Positions 1 through 8,505 of a DNA stretch of 54,451 nt are shown piece by piece; position 1 is the first letter of the stretch, and the number at the start of each line of letters is the position of its first letter. This stretch comes from an uncultured Oscillospiraceae bacterium (GTDB taxonomy: Bacteria; Bacillota; Clostridia; Christensenellales; Aristaeellaceae), in contig CAZRLU010000001.1 in assembly GCA_964600995.1 (NCBI GenBank), positions 6,745 to 61,195 of the forward strand. Reading direction: 5' to 3'. The notes below the pieces were generated by a model, which had not been told where the DNA came from, ran no database searches, and saw nothing but the letters and a program-made list of their open reading frames with translations. A program made the position numbers and the translations under genes.

Positions 1-2
1 GT

Positions 3-1361
3 TATACGGAAAAAGATCTGGCTGCTTTGGGGCAAATCTGCGACGATTACATGGACCTGATCAGCCGCTGCAAGACTGAGCGGGAATGGACGCGGATGAT
101 CGTGAGCCGGCTGGAACAGAATGGATACAAATCTCTTGAGCAGCTGCGGGAACAGAAGGCACCGCTGACAGCCGGAGCTAAGATATATACTGTTCAGATG
201 GGGAAGGCCGTGCTTTCCTTCCATCTGGGCCAAAAGCCCCTTGAATGCGGGATGAATATCGTCGGAGCGCATATTGACTCTCCACGGCTTGATCTGAAGC
301 AGAATCCGATTTATGAAGAGGCCGACCTTGCTTACGGCGATACTCATTATTATGGAGGAATCAAGAAATATCAATGGGTTGCGCATCCCCTGGCGCTTCA
401 CGGGACCGTAGTGAAAAAAGACGGAAGCAGCCTGGAAATTGAGATAGGCGAAAAAGAGGATGATCCGGTGGTGGGAGTCAGTGACCTGCTGATTCATCTT
501 TCCGGAGAACAGATGAGCAAGAAGCTGTCCGAAGGTGTGACCGGGGAAGATCTTGACCTGATTCTCGGCGGAAGGCCGCTTGCGGGAGAGGAGAAGGAGC
601 CGGTCAAAGCGCTGCTGCTGAAGATTCTGAAGGAACAGTACGGCATGGAGGAAGAGGACTTTATCTCTGCGGAGATTGAAGCTGTGCCGGCCGGGAAGGC
701 TCGGGATTTCGGGCTGGATCGCAGCATGATCCTGGGCTACGGGCATGATGACCGGGTCTGCGCCTATGCGGAACTGAAGGCGATTGAAAGCATTGAGGGA
801 ATCCCGGAGTATACCTGCTGCGGCATGTTTGTGGATAAGGAAGAGATCGGCAGCGTAGGCGCGACGGGCATGCAGGCAAACTATCTTGAGAACGCAGTGG
901 CTGAAATACTTGATCTGTGCGGCAGCTATCGTGAAATCAGCCTGCGCCGTGCGCTACGGCACAGCCGCATGCTTTCCTGCGACGTCAGCGCCGGATTCGA
1001 TCCCCTTTATGCCCCCGCATTTGAAAAGAAAAATGCTGCTTTCCTGGGCCGCGGAGTATGCTTCAACAAGTTTACGGGCCGCGGCGGGAAAAGCGGATCG
1101 AATGATGCGAATGCGGAGTATATCGGAAAGCTCAGAAGAATCATGGATCAGAACGGTATTTCCTGGCAGACGGCGGAGCTTGGCAAAGTCGATGTCGGCG
1201 GCGGCGGAACCATCGCCTATATCTGCGCCCTCTACGGGATGGAAGTGATTGACAGTGGAATTCCCGTGCTGAGCATGCATGCCCCCTATGAAATCATCAA
1301 CAAGGCCGATCTTTATGAGGGCGTCCGTGCCTATCATGCTTTCATGGTGGAAGCAGAATAA
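3..1361 (+). CDS. M18 family aminopeptidase (aspartyl/ApeA-like), 5' truncated by the window edge
   Basis: Motifs GAHIDSP, GHDDRVC, DKEEIGS, SMHAP. The frame is open back to position 3. Confidence 0.9.
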   Translation, partial: YTEKDLAALGQICDDYMDLISRCKTEREWTRMIVSRLEQNGYKSLEQLREQKAPLTAGAKIYTVQMGKAVLSFHLGQKPLECGMNIVGAHIDSPRLDLKQNPIYEEADLAYGDTHYYGGIKKYQWVAHPLALHGTVVKKDGSSLEIEIGEKEDDPVVGVSDLLIHLSGEQMSKKLSEGVTGEDLDLILGGRPLAGEEKEPVKALLLKILKEQYGMEEEDFISAEIEAVPAGKARDFGLDRSMILGYGHDDRVCAYAELKAIESIEGIPEYTCCGMFVDKEEIGSVGATGMQANYLENAVAEILDLCGSYREISLRRALRHSRMLSCDVSAGFDPLYAPAFEKKNAAFLGRGVCFNKFTGRGGKSGSNDANAEYIGKLRRIMDQNGISWQTAELGKVDVGGGGTIAYICALYGMEVIDSGIPVLSMHAPYEIINKADLYEGVRAYHAFMVEAE

Positions 1362-1375
1362 ACGCAGAAGAGATG

Positions 1376-1412
1376 AAAACGACCGTTCCCGGCAGGGGAA
1401 CGGTCGTTTTTT
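1376..1412. terminator. Bidirectional intrinsic terminator
   Basis: AAAACGACCGTTCCC-GGCAG-GGGAACGGTCGTTTT(TT), a 15-bp stem between convergent genes. Confidence 0.85.
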
Positions 1413-1441
1413 CAGGACAGGGGATTGCGGGAACCGTGCGA

Positions 1442-2389
1442 TCAGGAAAGCATGGCTGCGCCGATCACGCCGGCCTCCGCACCGAGAGAAGCAATTTCAA
1501 TTCTCGGCAGGGGCTGATTGTTGAAGAGCACATACTTGGGGAATTCCTCCCGAACCGCATCCAGAAGAACAGCTCCGGCTTTGCTGACGCCGCCGCCCAG
1601 CAGAATGATTTCGGGATCGAAGAAATTTGTTACATTCGCAATCGTCTGCGCCAGGCAGGAAACATATTCAGTGAAAATCTGCTCAGCCAGAACATCGCCT
1701 TCATGCAGCGCGTCGAAAACGGTTTTTGCGGTTACCTTCTCCGGATTTCCTCCGCAGATGGAGGCGATCAGGGACTCAGGATGGGCTGCCAGCTGTTCAC
1801 GGGCCATCCGGATGATGGCGGAAGCGGAACAATACCGCTCAACACATCCATGGTTTCCACAGGTGCAAAGCTGTCCGCCCATTTTCAGGATCATATGGCC
1901 AAGTTCCCCGCCAATGCCGTGGAAGCCCTTCCAGACCTTTCCGTTGATGATGATTCCGGAGCCGATTCCGGTTCCCAGGGTGATGAAGACACTGGAGGAA
2001 GTGCCGGCGCTGATACCCGCAACGCTTTCCGCCAACGCAGCCACATTGGCATCATTGTCCACAAAAAAAGGTTTGGGAATCCGTTTCTGGAATTCCTTCC
2101 GCAGGGGAGCGTCTACCCAGCCGAGATTTGTGCAGTTGATCACATTCCCATCTGCGTCAGCGATGCCGGGAATGCCTGCACCGATGGATAAAACCTGATC
2201 CATGGAAAGCTGCGGATTGATCACAGGCCGGAGAAGATCATGAATGCAATCCACCATCTGATCCACCTGCGATTCGAAAGGAATCCCGGTACAGGTGGGG
2301 ATGGACGCATGGTTCAATATCTGAAAGTTTTCATTCAAAGCGCCGATTTGAATGCCTGTTCCGCCGATATCAATTCCGATCCTGATCAT
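1442..2389 (-). CDS. ROK family sugar kinase (glucokinase-like)
   Basis: GIDIGGT, DNDANVAALAE, GELGH and the CTCGNHGCVE zinc motif. No N-terminal HTH. Confidence 0.9.
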   Translation of the reverse strand: MIRIGIDIGGTGIQIGALNENFQILNHASIPTCTGIPFESQVDQMVDCIHDLLRPVINPQLSMDQVLSIGAGIPGIADADGNVINCTNLGWVDAPLRKEFQKRIPKPFFVDNDANVAALAESVAGISAGTSSSVFITLGTGIGSGIIINGKVWKGFHGIGGELGHMILKMGGQLCTCGNHGCVERYCSASAIIRMAREQLAAHPESLIASICGGNPEKVTAKTVFDALHEGDVLAEQIFTEYVSCLAQTIANVTNFFDPEIILLGGGVSKAGAVLLDAVREEFPKYVLFNNQPLPRIEIASLGAEAGVIGAAMLS

Positions 2390-3329
2390 GATCCAATTCC
2401 TCCTTGATGTGATGCAGATGCATATTTTCTTTCCTGATCAGCAGCTGATTCAGATGCTGTGCAGGACTGTAGCCCATTCGTTTCAGGCGCAGATTTCTTG
2501 CGGCCACCTCGATAATGATTGCCAGATTCCGCCCGGGCCGGACAGGCATCATCTGGTGAATGACAGGCACCCCGAGGATCTCCGTCGTTTCGTCCTCAAG
2601 ACCGATGCGATCATAGATCTTGCTGTTGTCCCACGCTTCCAGCTCCAGCACGAGATCAATGGATTTGGAGTTTGTGACAGCGCCTACGCCGAACATGGCC
2701 TGGACATCAATCAGCCCGATTCCACGGATTTCCATCAGATGGCGGATTGGCTTCGGGCAGGTGCCTACAAGCTGGGTTTCGGAAATGCGGCAGATATCAA
2801 CCGCATCGTCGGCAACTAGCATATGACCGCGCTTGATCAGCTCCAGTGCAGCTTCGCTTTTTCCTACGCCGCTCTTTCCCGAAAGGAGTACCCCAAGTCC
2901 ATACACATCCAGCAGCACGCCGTGACGGATTTCATGAGGGGCGAGCTTGCGCGAAAGATAATGAATCGCCAGGGCTGTAAAACGGGTCGTAACCATGTCG
3001 GTCCGATAAACCGGAATCCGGGCCGTGGCAGCAAGCTTCAGCATCTCGGGCGGGGGCTCGAGATTCCTGCATATAATCACGCAGGGCAACTGAAAACTGA
3101 AGAACTTTTCAAGAATACGGACCCGATTTTCCGGATTTTGCTGCTGAAGATAGGCCATCTCCACGATGCCGATCAGCTGAGGCCGCTCCCAGGCGAAATG
3201 TTCATAAAACCCGCAGAACTGCATTCCGGGCCGGTTCAGATCCGGAGACTGAATGCTCAGCTCCGCCTGCACCGGCGCAACAAGGCAACTGAGTTTCAGA
3301 TCCTTCTGAAAGCTTTCGGCTCTGATCAT
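2370..3329 (-). CDS. hprK: HPr(Ser) kinase/phosphorylase
   Basis: Walker A GKSGVGKSE, LVADD, signature LMEIRGIGLIDV, VRPGRNLA. Start placed at the ATG overlapping the upstream stop (ATGA). Confidence 0.95.
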   Translation of the reverse strand: MIRAESFQKDLKLSCLVAPVQAELSIQSPDLNRPGMQFCGFYEHFAWERPQLIGIVEMAYLQQQNPENRVRILEKFFSFQLPCVIICRNLEPPPEMLKLAATARIPVYRTDMVTTRFTALAIHYLSRKLAPHEIRHGVLLDVYGLGVLLSGKSGVGKSEAALELIKRGHMLVADDAVDICRISETQLVGTCPKPIRHLMEIRGIGLIDVQAMFGVGAVTNSKSIDLVLELEAWDNSKIYDRIGLEDETTEILGVPVIHQMMPVRPGRNLAIIIEVAARNLRLKRMGYSPAQHLNQLLIRKENMHLHHIKEELDHDQDRN

Positions 3330-4138
3330 GCGGACGCCTCCCAAATTCGGGCCAGGTATTCAGCCACCCCATCCTTCTGATTGGAGGGACAGATATCATC
3401 AGTCAAAGGTCTGAGCTCGCGGCGCCCGTTTTCCATCAGCACGCCCCGGCCGGCAATCTGCAGCATGGAAAGATCATTCAGGCTGTCACCGAATGCGATG
3501 AAACCTGATACATCCAGGTTCAGCAGTTTTGCAGCCTGCTTCAGTGCGGCGCCCTTTGTTGCGCCAAGGGGATTGAATTCAAGAAACCAGGGTTTGGAGC
3601 AGGTTACAGAGACACGTCCGGCGAACAGGCTGCCGGCTTCCGCCAGCATGGAGGCGATTTTGGCTTCATCCGCCATCATCAGGATTTTGTTTCTGGGCTC
3701 CTGAATGAAAGTCTCCAGATCTCCGACGTGGATGCCTTTCAGTACGGAAGCTGAAGCATACCTTTCTGCCCATACGGATTCTTCATTGTAGAAGAAATAT
3801 TCATCTGCATAGGTCTGGGCATAACAGTGATGCTTCTTTCCGAAGGCGGCAATTTCCCGCCCGAGTTCGGCGGAAAAAAATTCTCCATGAATCAGCTCGT
3901 GCGAGGATCCATCCCGGATTTCAGCTCCGTTGCAGGTAATGTACAGATCTGCGCAGGAAAGCCGCTTCAGGAAGGGCATCATACTCTGCTGGGCTCTTCC
4001 GCTGGCTGGAATGATTCTTACGCCGGAGGAGGAGAGTGCACGCAGGAGGCTGACTGTACGATCCGAGATGGAGAGATCATCCCTCAGAAGTGTATCATCC
4101 AGATCAAAGGCGACAGCCTGATATGGAAATGAGGTCAT
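3326..4138 (-). CDS. Cof-type HAD-IIB family hydrolase
   Basis: FDLDDTLL, ASGR, KGAAL, FGDSLNDLSM. ATGA coupling to the upstream kinase. Confidence 0.9.
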   Translation of the reverse strand: MTSFPYQAVAFDLDDTLLRDDLSISDRTVSLLRALSSSGVRIIPASGRAQQSMMPFLKRLSCADLYITCNGAEIRDGSSHELIHGEFFSAELGREIAAFGKKHHCYAQTYADEYFFYNEESVWAERYASASVLKGIHVGDLETFIQEPRNKILMMADEAKIASMLAEAGSLFAGRVSVTCSKPWFLEFNPLGATKGAALKQAAKLLNLDVSGFIAFGDSLNDLSMLQIAGRGVLMENGRRELRPLTDDICPSNQKDGVAEYLARIWEASA

Positions 4139-5724
4139 GAAATCTTCCATCCTTCAGCTGCTTCCTTCTGAGCAGGAATACAGGCTTCGAAGGATTTCAT
4201 ATAAGCCTTGAACCCGGAAATGTCATCCGGCTGCGGCTGAATTGTGCTTTGCGGCAACCCGCTGAACACATGATTTGAAAGATAATCCTCCAGGGATTCA
4301 TCTGAATTACGGTTCACCAGGTAGGAAGCCAGCAGGGCGATTCCCCAGGCGCCGCCCTCCCCGGCGGTCTGCATGACGGTGACGGGAGCCTCGATCGCCG
4401 CGGCAAGGATGCGCTGCGCCACCCCTTCCGTCTTGAATAATCCGCCATGACCAAAGACCTGATCAATGGCTACATGTTCCTGCGCAAGAATTTCCATTCC
4501 GTATTTGAGCGTTTCCATGCTGGCATAAAGCTGCACCCGCATGAAATTGGCGAGATTCATCTCGGCATTGGGCTGGCGGACCAGCATGGGACGGCCTTCC
4601 CGAAGGCCGGTAACCGGCTCTCCGGCGAAATAATTGAAGCTGACGAGGCCGCCGCCTGTGGGATCGCCTTCCAGCGCCTTCCGGAACAGGGTGGTAAAAA
4701 TATCTCCTGTTTTCAGGGAAATCCCCATGGCTGCCGCGAATTCCTGGAACAGGGATACCCAGGCATTGATATCGGAAGAACAGGAATTGCAATGAACCAT
4801 TCCAACCGGCATTCCGCTGGGGGTCGTGACCACATCGATCTCCGGATATACTTTTTCCAGCGGCTTTTCCAGCACGATCATGCTGAAAATGGAAGTACCG
4901 GCGCTGACATTTCCGGTCCTGGGACGAACGCTGTTCGTGGCAGCCATGCCGGTCCCCGCATCCCCTTCAGGAGGACACAGGGGACATCCGGGTGCAAGAT
5001 CCCCGCTGGGATCAAGCAGCCGGGCTCCGGCTTCAGTCAGCTGACCTGCGGGAGCACCGGCAGGCAGGACCTTCGGCAGAATTTCACGAAGCGTCCAGGG
5101 AAAGCCGAGACCGGAAACCAGCTGATTGAAGCACTGAACCATCTCCTCATTGAAATCAAGAGTGCTGCTGTCCACGGGCATCATGCCGCTGGCATCCCCG
5201 ATTCCGAGAACCTTTTCCCCGGTCAGGAGATAATGCACCCATCCGGCCAGCGTCGTCATGAAACGGATATCCCGAACATGGGGTTCTTTATTCAGCACCG
5301 CCTGATAGAGATGGCTGAGACTCCACCGCTGGGGCATATTGAAGGAGAAGGCTTTTGTAAGCTTTTCAGCTGCTTCGGCCGTTGTTGTGTTCCGCCAGGT
5401 GCGGAAAGGAACGAGAAGTTCCATTTTTTCATTGAAGGGAAGATAACCGTGCATCATGGCGCTGATGCCGATCGCCCGGAGGCTTCGGATTTTACAGCCG
5501 TAGAGCGTCTCCACGTTTTTTTTCAGATCCGCATAGGACGATTGCAGCCCCTTCAGAATCGCCTCCTCAGAATAAGTCCAGATTCCATCCACATAATCAT
5601 TTTCCCATTCGTGACTGCCGGAGGCAATCGGCGTATGATCCGGAGAAATCAGAACACTTTTGATCCGGGTGGAACCGAATTCAATGCCAAGAATGGCCGA
5701 GCCACCTTCAATCAGCTTTTTCAT
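4135..5724 (-). CDS. FGGY family carbohydrate kinase (L-ribulokinase/xylulokinase-like)
   Basis: GIEFGSTRIK, ISAMMHG, PEGDAGTG, SAGTS, GHGGLF. RBS AAGGAG. Confidence 0.85.
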   Translation of the reverse strand: MKKLIEGGSAILGIEFGSTRIKSVLISPDHTPIASGSHEWENDYVDGIWTYSEEAILKGLQSSYADLKKNVETLYGCKIRSLRAIGISAMMHGYLPFNEKMELLVPFRTWRNTTTAEAAEKLTKAFSFNMPQRWSLSHLYQAVLNKEPHVRDIRFMTTLAGWVHYLLTGEKVLGIGDASGMMPVDSSTLDFNEEMVQCFNQLVSGLGFPWTLREILPKVLPAGAPAGQLTEAGARLLDPSGDLAPGCPLCPPEGDAGTGMAATNSVRPRTGNVSAGTSIFSMIVLEKPLEKVYPEIDVVTTPSGMPVGMVHCNSCSSDINAWVSLFQEFAAAMGISLKTGDIFTTLFRKALEGDPTGGGLVSFNYFAGEPVTGLREGRPMLVRQPNAEMNLANFMRVQLYASMETLKYGMEILAQEHVAIDQVFGHGGLFKTEGVAQRILAAAIEAPVTVMQTAGEGGAWGIALLASYLVNRNSDESLEDYLSNHVFSGLPQSTIQPQPDDISGFKAYMKSFEACIPAQKEAAEGWKIS

Positions 5725-5781
5725 ATAATCACTCCTTCATACTTTTTAAAATATGGAATCAATATCTGCAGCCTATTGCTT

Positions 5782-5810
5782 ATCCTAACACAGCGGCGTG
5801 TATTTTGCAA
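5782..5810 (-). promoter_or_regulatory. Putative sigma-A promoter of the sugar kinase-hprK operon
   Basis: Minus strand TTGCAA-17 nt-TAGGAT with an extended -10 TG. Confidence 0.45.
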
Positions 5811-5846
5811 TGTGGATTTGAGAATTCCGGAATCTCGCATCGTTCT

Positions 5847-7313
5847 TTATTTCAGGTATCTCCGGCCTGGCTTCGGCCCTCTGCTGCGCTGCCTTCTGAA
5901 GAGCCGCTTCAGCAGGAAGAAAAGGAAAAGCAGAATCAGAAAAACGATGAACGGGGAAAGAAAAATCAGTACAAGCTCAAAAGAGAGCGGAGGGAACGGG
6001 TTCGGATCCGCATAGGTTTCCGCGATGATCTGTTCGAGGGTTTTGGGCACATTCTCACGAACGGCGATGCTTCTGGCAGCAATCAGATCGTAGGTAACAG
6101 GATCCCCTGTTTCAGGAAAGTAGGTCAGCGATCCCATGGTTTCCCCGGCGGAGATCGGCGCTTCAAAATCCCGATCATACTGGATATAAAGCGTATCCTG
6201 AATATTGGCGGCCAGCGATTCCACCTGGGCCTTGGTTGCGACGATCACGGGATCCGAGGTCCCGGGCCGGGCCCGGCAAAGCAGCTCAACACGCCCTCTG
6301 TTCTGGTCGGAGGTGGAATAGTTACTGGTCTCAATGACAATGGGATTCATTTGGTAAAGGGTCTGGGGGGTTACGCTGACATACTGGCTGAAACCGTAAT
6401 TCATCAGCTTGATGGTATCAGCCCATCTGGCACGCTTCCCGGTGAAAAACACCACGGAAATCAGGTCCACATTGTCTCTCGAAGCGGATCCGACAAAGCA
6501 GTATCCGGAATGGGAATGACTTCCTGTCTTGATGCCCGTTGCATCCGGAAAATAGTATTTGTTGGGCTTTTCCTCTGTTCCGGAAAGCATGTATTCAGAC
6601 TTTGTGGTGATGGAGCGGGCCCGCTGCATGCTTGTTTTCGGAATGGAATAGGTCACGGTGGCGGCAATTTTCCGGAAGGTTTCATTCCGCATCGCTTCCC
6701 GGGCGATCAGGGCCATATCGTATGCGGTTGAATAATGCTGATCATCGTGATAGCCGTGGGCGTTTACAAAGTGCGTATTGATGCATCCGAAAAGGGAAGC
6801 GGTTTCATTCATCAGATCGACAAAGGCAGGTATGGACCCGGAAACCGTCTCTGCAATCACATTGGCGCCATCGTTGCCGGAAAGCAGCATGGTTCCGTAA
6901 AGAACGTCGATAAAACGGATCTCTTCTCCGACTTTCAGCCCCATTTTTGATGAATCCTCCGGAATATCCATGGCACTTTCGGAGACGGTCACCGTCTGAT
7001 TCAGATCGTCCACCATCATGATGCCAAGCAACACCGTCAGAATTTTGGTTGTGGAGGCGGGGTACCGGATCGCATAGGGGTCCTTTTCAAAAATGACTTC
7101 CCCCTTGTCAGCCGTGATCAGTATCGCGGACAGGGCATACAGCTGATCGGGCTCCAACTTGTCCGGATGCTCCGGATCATAGGGAGCGGCTTCCGGGGAC
7201 AAGGTGGGCTCGGGAATCGTATCCGCTGCAGACTCAGCCCGGGACGGGGAAACAGGAAAGGAAAGAATCAGAAGGAGAAGCATGGACAAGCAGCGAATGA
7301 TGATTTTTTTCAA
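5847..7313 (-). CDS. D-alanyl-D-alanine carboxypeptidase (peptidase S11)
   Basis: Signal peptide, SxxK (ASTTK), SxN (SGN), KTG, C-terminal TM anchor with basic tail. TTG start after GGAGGA. Confidence 0.9.
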   Translation of the reverse strand: MKKIIIRCLSMLLLLILSFPVSPSRAESAADTIPEPTLSPEAAPYDPEHPDKLEPDQLYALSAILITADKGEVIFEKDPYAIRYPASTTKILTVLLGIMMVDDLNQTVTVSESAMDIPEDSSKMGLKVGEEIRFIDVLYGTMLLSGNDGANVIAETVSGSIPAFVDLMNETASLFGCINTHFVNAHGYHDDQHYSTAYDMALIAREAMRNETFRKIAATVTYSIPKTSMQRARSITTKSEYMLSGTEEKPNKYYFPDATGIKTGSHSHSGYCFVGSASRDNVDLISVVFFTGKRARWADTIKLMNYGFSQYVSVTPQTLYQMNPIVIETSNYSTSDQNRGRVELLCRARPGTSDPVIVATKAQVESLAANIQDTLYIQYDRDFEAPISAGETMGSLTYFPETGDPVTYDLIAARSIAVRENVPKTLEQIIAETYADPNPFPPLSFELVLIFLSPFIVFLILLFLFFLLKRLFRRQRSRGPKPGRRYLK

Positions 7314-7353
7314 GACATACTCCTCCTTTCATTGCATTTTATGATTCAAAGCA

Positions 7354-8205
7354 TCATCCCATGGCAGGCGGCACCGGAGAGAACGCGGGAACAAACGGGC
7401 TTCCCAGCAGCTGCATCAGCAGGTAGGCAACCCCGAGCACAGCAAGATAAAGGGAAAAATAACAGAGCGGAACAGTTGAAATGATTTTCAGCATAAACCG
7501 GATCGCGATAAAACCGGCTATGCAGGCAACCAGGATCCCGATCAGTGCGGGGAAAAACTCAATTTCGGTATAATAGCCGGCTTCCAGCGCATCCTTGCCT
7601 TCCATCAGGAAAGAACCAAGAATGGCCGGAGCGCTCATCATAAAGGAAAAACGTGCCACGGTTTCCTTGCGCGCCCCTGTAACAACGCCGCCTGTGATGG
7701 TGGAGCCGCTGCGGGATACGCCGGGAATCATGCCGATTCCCTGAAAGAGCCCCATGACAATAGCTGTGAAAAAACCAACCTCGGTTTTTCTGCTGCCGGC
7801 CCGGCGGTCGGCCAGATCGCACAGAAGCAGAAAAAGGGAAGTAATCAGAAAGCTGACGCCAAGGAACCAGCCGCTGTCAAACACGGCAAATCCATCCGTT
7901 TCGGGAAAAAGCTTCTTTGCAAGCAGATAGATGCCCAGCGTAGGCACGGAGGCAATAAACAGGAGCAGAAGCTTTTTGTTCCGAATCGGATGAAGAAGCA
8001 TATCGAGCCAGTCTTTCCAGAAAATGACGAGGACCGGAACCAGCGTTCCGACATGGAGCAGAATATCCAGCATCTTCAGCGCGGGGGAATCCGTCTGAAT
8101 TCCGAGAAGCAGACGGGCCAGCAACAGATGGCCGCTGGATGAAACCGGTAAAAACTCGCAGAGACCCTGTAGCAGTCCGAGCAGAGCGGAGTGAAGAATA
8201 CTCAA
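7354..8205 (-). CDS. uppP: Undecaprenyl-diphosphate phosphatase
   Basis: LQGLCEFLPVSSSGHL and PGVSRSG motifs, multi-TM. TTG start after AAAGGAGG. Confidence 0.95.
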   Translation of the reverse strand: MSILHSALLGLLQGLCEFLPVSSSGHLLLARLLLGIQTDSPALKMLDILLHVGTLVPVLVIFWKDWLDMLLHPIRNKKLLLLFIASVPTLGIYLLAKKLFPETDGFAVFDSGWFLGVSFLITSLFLLLCDLADRRAGSRKTEVGFFTAIVMGLFQGIGMIPGVSRSGSTITGGVVTGARKETVARFSFMMSAPAILGSFLMEGKDALEAGYYTEIEFFPALIGILVACIAGFIAIRFMLKIISTVPLCYFSLYLAVLGVAYLLMQLLGSPFVPAFSPVPPAMG

Positions 8206-8316
8206 AAGAATCTCCTCCTTTCAAACCTTTATATCTTAACATATCAAATCAAATTTGGAAAGATTTGCGATTCATAGAATATTAAGGACACTTCGGAATC
8301 AAATGATCGCAGGCGA

Positions 8317-8345
8317 TTGAATTTTTTCCGTAAAACCATTACAAT
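8317..8345 (+). promoter_or_regulatory. Putative sigma-A promoter of the hybrid kinase
   Basis: TTGAAT-17 nt-TACAAT in an AT-rich intergenic region. Confidence 0.45.
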
Positions 8346-8505
8346 TATAAAAAGAATTCCTATGATTGAATGAAGCTTCTGCAGTGTCCGGAACACGGAT
8401 GAAAGGCAGTAAGCAGGTCCTGAATATGAAGGCTCAATTCGTGGCTCAGCCATTGCAATCTATGCAACATTCTTGCTGTTAATAAAAACCTGGAGGGGAA
8501 CAGGA

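Noticed and set aside
4447-6015. 522-aa plus-strand ORF
   Set aside because: Antisense shadow of the FGGY kinase and dac genes, with no recognisable motifs.
8370-8470. c-di-GMP or c-di-AMP riboswitch upstream of the kinase
   Set aside because: The diagnostic conserved motifs of those classes were not found; kept only as an unassigned structured leader.
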